This document shows, piece by piece, positions 22,901 to 34,900 of a stretch of 59,507 nt of DNA (positions are counted from its first letter, which is position 1; every line of letters begins with the position of its first letter). The DNA comes from Nanohaloarchaea archaeon B1-Br10_U2g21 (lineage in GTDB: Archaea; Nanohalarchaeota; Nanosalinia; Nanosalinales; Nanosalinaceae), in assembly GCA_001563915.1 (NCBI GenBank), contig LKMP01000005.1:1-59507 (forward strand). Direction: 5' to 3'. A program made the translations under genes and the position numbers. The notes under the pieces were generated by a model, which made no database searches, had not been told where the DNA came from, and saw only the letters and a list, made by a program, of their open reading frames with translations.

Positions 22901-25900
22901 ATAGAAACAGCGGGTTACAAGATAGAAGAAATGCTTTCAGACAGTGGGAGGGAGAAGAGGCTAGAGGAGAAGTAACAGGAGCGCCGGCATTTAGAGGATA
23001 TGTGAATGAAAACGTAATGGACAGAATAAATTATAGAATTCCTCTAGAGCTTGAGCTAGCATTTCCTGAAGAAATAACAGATACAGATGAAGATGATAGA
23101 TTTGAGATAAGAGTGGATGCTAACCGAAAAGGCACAGACACAAGTTTCAACAGTTTTAGAGGAGACTATGAATTGACATGTCTCAACTGTTCTGAAAATA
23201 CTGATACTCATGTGCAAGATGCTGAAGACGAATCAGGACGCTCTACAGGAGAGTGGGAGTTTGACTTTTCGGAAGAAGAGTATAATGAATACTATGAATT
23301 TGAAATAGTGGCTGATTCATCTAGAGATGGACACATAACTGAGAATGATGATTCAGACGATCCGGCCGCAATTAAGCAGACGGTTAGAGTAGTTAGAGAT
23401 TTAGGAGCGGGAGAAGGAGACTGTGAAGGAGATTCTAATAATACTGAGCCTGGAGAAAATGTGGAGGTCTGTCCTAATGAATATGGTTTCGAAGATCTGC
23501 CTCAAAGTTACTGGCTAAATGAGACTGCGACAAATCTAGAAGATACTATTGATGATATGGAAGGGCCTGAAAATCCAGAAGATTTCGATGAAGAAGAACA
23601 TGACTTTAGATGGAAGCAATACCAGCAGTTTGCAAATGAGTCAAATGAGGAATACTATGAACCTGATGTGAGATGGTATGGTGAGCACAGTGAATATGAT
23701 GAGTTGGATGCAGGAGGTTGTAATTTTAATGGAGAGACTGAAGGCGAAGATGAATTCTTTGAATCTAGGGAATCATGTACTGATTGGGCAATAACTGCTG
23801 AACCTCCTGAATTCGAATCTATAGAAGTTGATACAGGATATTACAGACAGGATAATCAGGAGCCTGTCCAAGAAGTTGAAGCCGTAGTAGATTATCCAAC
23901 TCTAGACTACTTTGAATTCCAGTATGAAAATCCTGAAGGATCTAGAACGGCTCTGAGTCCGGAAGGTGAGGATGATAGTTATCCTCATACATACATTTTC
24001 GATGTTTATCCTGAAGAGTTTGAAGGAACATTTGATATTGAGTTAATTGCAGATACTGATGAGAGTGAGAGAACGACAGAAACAGTCACTATTTACGAAG
24101 ATGAAGAAGAAATAACCATAGACGATATTGAAGTCGATGATCCAGTAAATGAAGAAGAGCCTGACACACAGATGGATATAGAACTTGATCTAAGCGGCGT
24201 CACCATAGATTCAGATGGAGTGGAAAAGGTAGGCATAGATTCAGATGAGGACGGGAATTATGATGATGCAGGAGTCAATTTAATTTTTGACGAATCTGAT
24301 GAATCTTATACAATAGAAGATGTAGACTTCACCGCTGAAGATGACACAGTAGATGTTAAAATTTTCCATAAATCGGGTCTGGAATCAGATTCTGAAAATG
24401 CAGTCTTCACCTTCAACGAACATGATCCTGAAGTCGATACTTTCGAAATACTAGAGGAAGAAGATGAGCCGTTTAAAGAAGGAAATGTAATCAACTTTGA
24501 TATTGAGATAAGTGATGAGGATGAAGAGTTAGATTATGCAGAACTAACTAATCCTGATGGCAACCAGATATGTGAAGAAGAACTGGACGACTTAGAAAAC
24601 GGCCAAGAAGTCGAAGAGATTTCATGTGAATATGAGATAGAAACAACACAGACAGGCGATGATTTAGAGTTTGACTTAGAGGTCTTTGATACCGCAGGCA
24701 GGATGGGGGACGAAACACTCCAGCTTGAAATCGATAATGATGAACCTGATATTGAGAATATTGAAATTGATCCAGAAGATGGGATTATAGCTCCTGAGGA
24801 GGAAGTAGATATACAGGCCGATATATCAGATCAGTTAGACAATATTGCGGATACATCAGTTGAAGATAGCGAAGGAAGCGAAGTATGTTCGGCTGGAGAA
24901 TTCTCCAATGAGGGCGGCGATACTTATGAGTGTACTGCGATTGAAGGTAGCGATTTTGAGGGGTCAACGACTTTAGAAATACTTGCAAATGATGAAGCAG
25001 GTAATGAGAATAATGAAACGGTTGAGCCAGAGATATTAGTAGCAGCTAATGACCCTGAAATCACTATAAAGAGGCCTGATGCTGGGGCCTTAGTTAGTGG
25101 AGAAGATGTTCTTATTGAGGCTAATGTGACAGATGAGGATGGCTTGCTAGATGAAGACGAAGTAGAAGTCGAGCTAGATGATGGTACAGAGGCATTTACG
25201 GCAGATATGGATGGGTCTGGAGGGTCTGGAGGAGAGTTTACATACAATCTAGATACTGAAGAATTATCTGATGGAGAATATTCTTTAACTGTATACGCAG
25301 AAGATTTAGCAGGCCTTGATAACTCTGAAACTCTTTCTGAAGACATTGAAATAGATAATACGCCTCCAGAAATATCTATCGCAGCAATAAATGATCCAAT
25401 AACAGGAGACTACACATTCGAAGCCGATATTGAAGATGAAAATGATAACTTGGATGAAGATGCTTTAACTTATGAAATTGAAGATGCAGAGGGTAGCATC
25501 AGTCAGGGAGATCTAGAAGGATCAGGGACTGAATTTGATACAGGTGATGTTGACACAACCGAGTTTAGTGAAGGAGACGCAACTATAACTATTGAGGCAG
25601 AAGATTTAGCAGGAAATGATAATGATGAAACAAGTGATCCATTTAATATCAATAACGAGCCTCCGGAAGTAAATATAATAGAGCCAACAGGAGATTCAGA
25701 CGAGTTTTTCAACGAAGAAGTGACTGTAGAAACCAATATTGAAGATGAAGCAGGTAACGAAGATGAAGACAGTTATTCGGCTCAAATCTTAGATGAAGGA
25801 ATTGATGATAACGATCCTGAAATTAATGGAGACTCAGTCGAGTTCGAACTAGATGTCAGTTCACTAGATACTGGAGAATACACTGTTGAAGTAGAAGCAG

Positions 25901-28900
25901 ATGACACAGAGAACACAGGGCCTACTCAAGAAACACAGAACATTAATGTTGACACAGATTTCCCAATAATAACTAGCGTCTCAATACCAGCAGAAAATGA
26001 AGTCGTAAAACCTGAAACAGAAATAGAAATAACGGTTCAAGCTGAAGTAGAAGAGGATGAAAGCAGCGATATAGACTTAGTTGAGGCCTCATTTGAATCA
26101 GGTTCCAGCACCGTTCTAAGTCTAGAAAGTGGAGATCCTGATGATGGAGTATGGGAAGGTAATTTAGAAGCCCCAGATGCAGAAAGCGTGCATGATATTC
26201 AAATAGAGGCGACTGATTTAGCAGGTAACACGGAAGAAGACTCTGATACTGAAGTAGAAGTAGATGATACTCCTCCTTCAGTCGCTGATTTTGGATCTGA
26301 CGCTGAAGAAAATGAGGATGGTGAAGCAGTAACTTCTAGCGATGATGATGTAGAATTTGCTGTAGATGCAACAGACAGTAATGATAATCTCGATGAGGTC
26401 AGAATAGAAGACTCAGATGAAGCAGTACTAGATATTTTCGCCGAGAATTTAGAAGGAGAAAGCGGCGGAGAATATACTATAACTACTAGTGCAGAAGATC
26501 TAGGTCTTTCAGGAGGAGAAAACCAGTTGACAGCTGTAGGAGAAGATCTTGCTGGAAATACAGGCTCTGACAATTACGTAGTTAATGTTCAAGACGAAGA
26601 TCCTGAAATAGAGGACTTTTATCTTGATGATGATGTTGTCCAGTCGGATACAAATATAACCGCCACTGCCGAAATCTCATCGAAATGGCTAGATATAGTA
26701 GAGTTTAGCCACAGAGGTGACACAATAGAAATAGATGATGAAGAAATAGAGCAGGGAGATGACGGTACACAGACATTTGAAATCGAAATTGATTCAGACG
26801 GAGACCATGAAGAAGAAGTTGATGTAGAAGTCTATGCAGAAGATTTAGCAGGAAACAATAATGAGGACACAATATCCTATGAAATAAATGATGAAAATCC
26901 GACAATCGAAGAAGAATTGGAGGTAGAAGGAAGTGATGAAGAAATTAGCCGGTCTGACAACAGTTTATACTTTGCTCTTGAAGCTACAGATGATTTTGAA
27001 GTAGATAGAGTTGAACTACATGGTCCTAGTGAGGACTCGATAATGGATGAAGATGGAGACTTGTATGAGCTCGATATCACACCAGCACAAATAGGGTGTA
27101 ATGTTGACGTAGACTTTGAACCATGCGAAATAAATGCAGATGTATACGATAATGCAGAAAATATGGAGACATCTAGGACAGTAACTGTAAATGTTGATGA
27201 TGAAGAGCCAGATGTATCTGATTTCACAGTCGATCAAGATGCAGTACAAACGGATACGGATGTAGAATTTTCAGCAAATATAGATGATGGAGACCCAGAA
27301 TTAGAAACTACAGAAGTTAGAGATTCTGGAGACACGATATGCGGTCTTGAAAATGGAAATGAGTATTCATGCATTGAATCATTTAGCGAAGAAGGAGAAT
27401 ACACTCTAGACGCTTACACTGAAGATCGTGCAGGAAATGTAAACGACGATGAGGCAGTAGAACTCATAGTCACTGATGCTTCTCCAAATATAGGTAACAT
27501 AAATGATGACGCTAACACAAACCTCGATGATGTAGGAGTAACAAGATCAGACGAAGAAGTAAGATTTGAAGCAACTGTGACTGATCCTGACGATCTTCTG
27601 GTAGAGGAAGAAGTAAGAATTGAAGGTCAGCAAATGGAGTCTGATGAAAATCAGCCGGATGTATTTTATCTTGAGGAGCTACCTTCTAATCTTGGGTGTG
27701 TGCAAACAGATCACAGTGAGTGCGATCTAGAAATAACTGCAGAGGATGAAGCAGGTAATCAGGAACAGAGAGAACATACAATAATAGTAGATGATGAACC
27801 TGCGGAAATTGAAGAAGTAGAAATGGAGGAGGAAGTCCTAACTTCAGGAAGTACCACAGAAGTAACAGTCCGGCTAGAAGAAAATGAAGGGGAAGAAACA
27901 GTTAACTATGTGGAAGTAGAGCCTTCAGTCAGCAATAATAACAATTTAACATGGAATGGGGAAGAATGGACAGGAAACATAGAGATAGAAAGTACTGAGG
28001 CCTCAGAAAGTTCAGAAGATTTAGAAGTTAGATCTGTAGACTTTGCACAGAATACTGATGAAGACACCGAACAAAGCTATATTCTAGACGACGAAGATCC
28101 TGAAGTTACTAATTTCGCGTCAGATGCAGCTACAAATGATGAGGGCGAAGATATAGCTCAGTCAGATACAGATCTCACGTTTGATGTAACTATAGCTGAT
28201 AACGTTGATATTGACAAAGTAGAAATAGGCAAACCTGATGATAAAACGGTTGTTGGTGAGGATTTAGGAGAAGAAGAAACAGATGTAGAGGATAGATCAG
28301 TTACGGAGTCAATAACTATTTCTTCTGGAGATTTAGGATGTACAGACACAGATTTTGAAACTTGTGAGTTAAAAGCAACAGTGACAGATCTAGCAGGAAA
28401 TACAGGAACTGATACTTATGAGGTTATAATAGATGATGAACCTCCTGCTCTTGAAGAAATAGAGTTAAGTGACAACATAGTACAACCTAATACTGAGGTC
28501 GAAGTATTCTTAGATACTGATGAAGAGTCAGACAGACGCATAGAAACTATTGAGACACAAGGAGATGCTGAAGAAACCGATCTTGAATGGGATGAAGAAG
28601 ATGGAAATTGGTCGGCGACGGTCGAACTTGATGACACAGAAGGCCAGGACCGCGAACTAGAAATATTTGCAGAAGATTGGGCAGGAAACACGAATGATGA
28701 GAGCAAAATATATACTGTAGACGATACGCCACCAACTATCGAAGATTTGAGAACTAACTCTACAAACGACATTGAAAGAAGCGATGCTATATTAGAGTTT
28801 TCAGTAGAGGCTGAAAACCAATTTGAGGAACTAGAATCTGTGGACGTAGAAGGTATGGAAATGGAGAGGCAGACTGAAGAAACTTTCGCAGTTGACGCAG

Positions 28901-31900
28901 CAGCCGAAGAACTAGGATGCGAACCTGTTGAAGATGAACTCGATGCTGATACAGAAGAAGCTACGTGCCTGATAAATGCTACAGCAATAGATCAAGCAGG
29001 AAATGATGAATCAACAGGCTATGAACTCGTAATCCAAAATAATCCTCCAGAAATAGTTGAAGATTCATATGAACTGGATGGTGTTATTGAGGGTGATCCT
29101 CACGATTCAGCACTTCCTGATGAAGATCTAGACTTGTCTATAGAATCCGATAATCCTATTTCAGATACAGAAGCAGATTTAACAGCTATCGAACAAGAAA
29201 CAGGGAATATTGAAGGAGGCCCTGTATCTCTTAATGATGATCCGTCCGGGGAAGACAACTATAATAAGACTTTTGCTACTCAAGATTTAGGAATTACAAG
29301 CGGTCTAATTGATTTCACAGTGAACATCACTGATGAAGCAGGAAATACTGCTGAAGACATATACACATTAGACCTGGATACTGTTCCTCCTGTCATTGAA
29401 GACGTCTATGTAAATAATACACAGCCAGAAACAACTAGAGATACAGTTGAGATTAAAGCAAATATTTCCCATCCATTTAACGTAAAAGAAGGAATGGAAG
29501 GCGCCTACATCAATGTTACTGCTCAAAACAATGAATCCTTCAAAGAACAGATAAATCTAGAAAATATTGAAGACGAACGAGAATCCCCAGATATTAACTC
29601 AGGAAACTTCTCAGCAGACTTTATTCCGCCAGATACAGACACGTACGATGTAAAAGTATTCGCAGAAGATGAGTTCGATGAACCAGAAGATGAGCTTTTT
29701 GAAGAAGTTTTCACTTCTATTGGTGAAGCAAATCTTGAAGTAAGTATGAGTCCAGAAACTATTGAATTTGATAATATATCTGTAGATAATCAAGATCAAT
29801 ATCAGCTTGAAACAGTCTTAGAAAATACAGGTGAAGCTTCAGCGTATGATATACTACTTCAGCCTTCAAATATTGTTACAGGAATTGAATCAAATATAAG
29901 TGATAGAGACTGCGGTATCTTGGAGCCCGGAGAAGAGTGCTCGGTAATATCAGAGATTAATGTAACTGCTGATGCAGGAGCAGGCGATAGAACAATTTCA
30001 TCAAATGCGTTCTGGGAAAATCCCGACAGAACTTCAGGTTCAGCAGCTGAAGCAAGTAGTGTGGTAATAGATCCAAATCCAGTTCTTGACATAACGTCCG
30101 AAAGTCATGAAGAAGAAATAATAAGAGGAGAAACAGGCTCTCTCGAAATAGAACTTTTAAACAGAGGGAATATGATTTTACAAGGCATAGATGCTAGCAT
30201 AGATTCAACAGGAGGACAAATACTCGGAAGTAATGATTATGAATTTGACGAAGTAGAAAGCATAGAGATAGGCGAATCTAAGACTCAAGAAATACAACTA
30301 ACAGACAATCTTGAAGACAAAGGAGAATATCCAACGACATTCCTATTTGAAACAGAAGATCCTTCAGAAGAATGCGACGAAGATTGCGAATCAACAGCAG
30401 ATTCGAATATTACAGTCTTCCACCAAGCATCAATAGGAGTAGATCAAGAAGATAAAACGGTAGATAGAGAAGAAGGAAAAACAGTTGATATAAATGGTGA
30501 AGTAATTGACGATGAAGATGTGCCTGTAGAGAATTACAGTGTGCAGTATATTGTGGATCAAGAAGAACCTGATATAGATGAAGCTAAAATAAATGAAACT
30601 CTTGAAACTAGTTCCTCAGGAGAGATATCAGAGCAGATAGACCTTAGAGAAGATGGTTTTGCGCCAGGAGAATATAATGTTAGATTAGAAATAAGCGAAA
30701 ATAGTTCAAGGTTCTACAGAACTGATCAAGAAGTTGATGAATTCTCTTTAGAAGTAAGAGATGAGCTAAATGTTGAACAAGACCTTGTAAGCAATTCGAC
30801 ATTATGGTATACTGACGTAGATGATCCGATAATAGCAGAATACACTGCAACAGACAGAGAGGGAGAGCCTGTGGAAGGTGCTGAAGTACAGTTCCGAAGT
30901 AATTCTACACAAGGAGTAGAAGACCTAGAAGATGTAGATGATGAAAACATAAACTCTACCTGTCCTACAAATAGCGAAGGAGTGTGTGATATTGAATATA
31001 GGCCTGATAGATCTTCACAGGCATTTGCAACAATTGAAAGCATAATATCGAAGAACGAATACTATGATTTCTCGCCTGTAGACCTACAAGATGATATAGA
31101 AATAGAAGGAGATTTCTCTGTCGTCATAACTACGCCTGAAGAAGAGGAAGGACTCTTAAGAGGGAATGAGTATGATATTCAGGCAGTCGTACTCGACAGT
31201 GAAGGAAATCCGATAGAAGCTGAAAGCTTAGAAAGTATTGACTGGAGAATAAACAATTCGGACGGCGAAACAATTAAAGAGCCGGGAGAAGACACCGCGA
31301 ATGAGACAACTTGGGACATACCATCAGACAAATCTACTGGAGAATATACTATAGATATACGTGCTGAAGATGATGATAATCAGCCTCCGGCTACAGATGA
31401 GGTATCAATAAATGTGTATGAACCAGTTACAATAGATAATACATCTGTAGAGACAGAAGTTGCTGAGAGAAAGAATTCTGAAATAGAATTTGATTTAACA
31501 GTTCAAGACTCCAATGATGAGGCTTTAGAAAACTATGAAATCTGTCAACTGTTTGTTGAAGGAGAAGAAAGAGATAATACTACTTCAGGTTCGGAAGGAG
31601 AATGCGAACTACTATGGGAAACGACTCAAAATGATGAGGTAGGTCCAAATACTGCAATAGTAGAAATAACAGAGTTCAGAGACGATGATAAATGGTACCT
31701 GCCGGATCCAGAAGGCCTGACGGAAGAAGAGTTTAGTATAGAACTTGAAGAAGACATAAATCTAACAGTTTCACAGCCTTCAACAGATGTGTACAGGGTA
31801 GACCCAGTCCCACTACAAGCTAATACTACAGATGCATTTGATAGATTCCTAGATACAGATATAGAGTGGCGATTAGAAGAATCAGATCAGATAATAGAAT

Positions 31901-34900
31901 CCGAAGAATTAGAATCCGAATTTAATGCATCCGATTTAGAATTAGGAGAAGAGCTTCTAAATATCACTGCTGAGAAAGGAGAGTATAATTCAGCATTTCA
32001 AGAGAATGATTTGACTCTGTTTGGACGAGCACAACATGAATTTGAAGTCAGTGATGAATACTTTAGAGGAGACAAAGTTGATTTAACAACCCAAGTGAAA
32101 GATGCTAACACAACCGATACAATCGAAGATGCAGAAGTAAACTTCTATGAAAATGAAGAAAAATTAGGAACTGCATCTACTAATAGTACAGGATGGGCAA
32201 ATCTTACGTGGGATACTGAAGAGTCCGATATTGGTAACAATAATATAACTGCAGAACTTGAAGATCAACAGGACATTTACTACAACCAGACAACAGGAAA
32301 CATAACTAATGAAGTATTCTTAGGTGGAGAAATTGAAACCGAGGTAACAGATATATCCGATAAAGAAATCTATAGAGACGAGTTTGCAGAACCATTACAA
32401 ACTGTATTTGAAATAAATACTACCGATGATCTTGGTGATCAACTAGAAAATGCAGATCAGGAAATTATAGTAGATGAAACAACAATAGGCAACTGTACAA
32501 CAGGAGAGTCAGGAACTTGCAGCTTTGAATGGGATCCAAGCAATGAAACAAGAATAGGGGAACTTACAGGAAAAGTAAACACAACTGCTGAAGATTACTT
32601 CCCGGCCCAGTCAGAAGAATTTAACTTGACTGTGCAGACTGCAGCAAGACCGGGGCTAGAAATCGAAGAAGAAATAGGATATAATTTCTCTGAATCCCAA
32701 GGAGCATCAATAAATTCCACAGTACTTGAAAGCTTCACAGGGCGTCCGATAGCAGATTATGACTTTGAACTTGGATGGGGTCAAAGAGATCAGCCTTATG
32801 AAGCAAGCATGAATCACGAAGATTGGGATTCTGAAGGAGAGATAAACAGCACAGAAATGGGTTTGGAAATTAACGAAACTAGCCTAGAGAAAGAAATCGA
32901 TTTGGAAAGAATTGATTTAGCTGAAATAAGCCTGAACAATCCTGAAAACGCCAATTGGAGTCTAGAAATTGGTAATGAGGAAGAGATATATGAGATAGAT
33001 TCAAATAGCACATCTGAAGAATTAGAGTTAGAGAATAACACGGTTACTGAATTAGACTTTGAAACAGATGGAAAACTTGTATTAGAGGAGTTAGTACTTT
33101 CAACACTTCAACTTGATGAGAGAAGAGAATTAAAATATTCTGAATTATGGGGTTCAGAGACTGGTAGAGAGTCAGATTCCGGAGAGTTCACTAATGCTAC
33201 AGTATCAGACAGTAATCAGCTGGAAGAAGAGATAGATGATCCTGATGAAACCCCTCAAGGATGGTACTATGAAGAGACAGACTATATAGATACTGAGATA
33301 GGGCCTGGAATTTTTGGCACTCAGGGATTAGTTGTTAATGCGACAGAAATGCCTGGAAATGAAAGTGCAACAATTATGAGAGACTATTCAGAGTTCTCTG
33401 GAACCTCAGTGTACGAAGAGTTTACAACTGTAGAATTTTGGATGAATTCGGAACTTAACGGAACACTAAACATGCAAGGAAGTGCCTGTCAAGAGAACTA
33501 CTCATTTGAAGGACTTGAATGGAGTCCTACTCAAATAGACATTAATTCATACCATGAAAATTGTGGGGAAGACGTGGAAAGAATAGAAGTAGAATTTGAG
33601 AACACCTTGGAAGACGAACTGGATACTGAAATAACTTTAGATATGTTCAACCGCTATAGGCCTTCGGACACAACTGAAGACAAGAAAAAAGAGTTAAAGT
33701 GGCTTCCTCCAGCCGCAGGTAACTATACCTTCAAACTCGAAATCGAAGAAGAAGAATACTACAACACAACAGAACAAATAGAAATAGTAGATATAGAGGT
33801 TATTTCAACTGGAGGAGGTCAGACTCCAGAAGATGATGAAGATGAAGTGCCAGAACAAATAGGTCCTATAGAATCATTTGAACTCGAACAAAATACAATA
33901 AACCAGACTGTTGGAGCAGAAACCTATGGGGACTTAACGCCGATAGGTGTTGCTAATGATGACCAACAAGCTATAAACATAAGCTCTTCAACTGTAGAAG
34001 GAGAAGAGTTTTTGGAAGCTCCAGATGACATAGAAATACAGGAAAATGGAGTTGAAAATATAGAGATTGGATATACTAGCCAAGAACCCGGGAATTATTC
34101 AGGAACTGTTGCTGTATTCAACTCTGAAACTTCTGAGAGAGATGATATAGAAGTAAACTTGGAAGTAGTGCCGGTAGAAATGGAGTTACTAGATATTGGA
34201 GCAGAACAAGGCACTGAAAATGTAACAGAGGGAGATAAAATATACACGACTGCAGAAGTAGCAGCTGACGAAGAGCCTGTAACAGAAGACATTGACTGGA
34301 ATGCTAGCGTAGAAGAGGAAACCTGCGATAATACTAATGCCGACTCTAACAGTACTACAGGCATATGGAACATAACATGTGAAGCGCCAAGTGTAGAATT
34401 TAATCCTATAGAAACAGAGTTCGAGCTGATTGCAGAATATCAAGAACTTGAGCTAAGAGACAATACAGAATTAGAGTACCGGGATGTAACACCCCCATTT
34501 GTCACATCTAAAGATGCAGAAAACGTAGAGCAAACTCAAGAAACAACAATTGAAATCGAGGCCTGGGATAACGTAGAAGTAGATAGAGTTGAAGGACATG
34601 TCGAATATATTGAAAACGAGACCGATATGGGAGAAATCCAGTTCCAGAACACAGAAGATGACTGGTATCGGGCAGAATTTGACAATACATCTTATGAAGG
34701 GGACTATGATGCTGTAGTAGAGCTAGAAGATGTTAATGGTAATGAGAAAACTGCAAGAGTTCCATTCTCAGTTCACCCATATGTAGACTTATCAGGAACA
34801 AGTACAGAAGGAACTTCGTTTGAGTTCAGAAGGCCGGGAACGGAATCAGTCTTAGAAAGATACGAGCTTGAAGAGGAAGAATTCAATGTAACAGCCCAGA

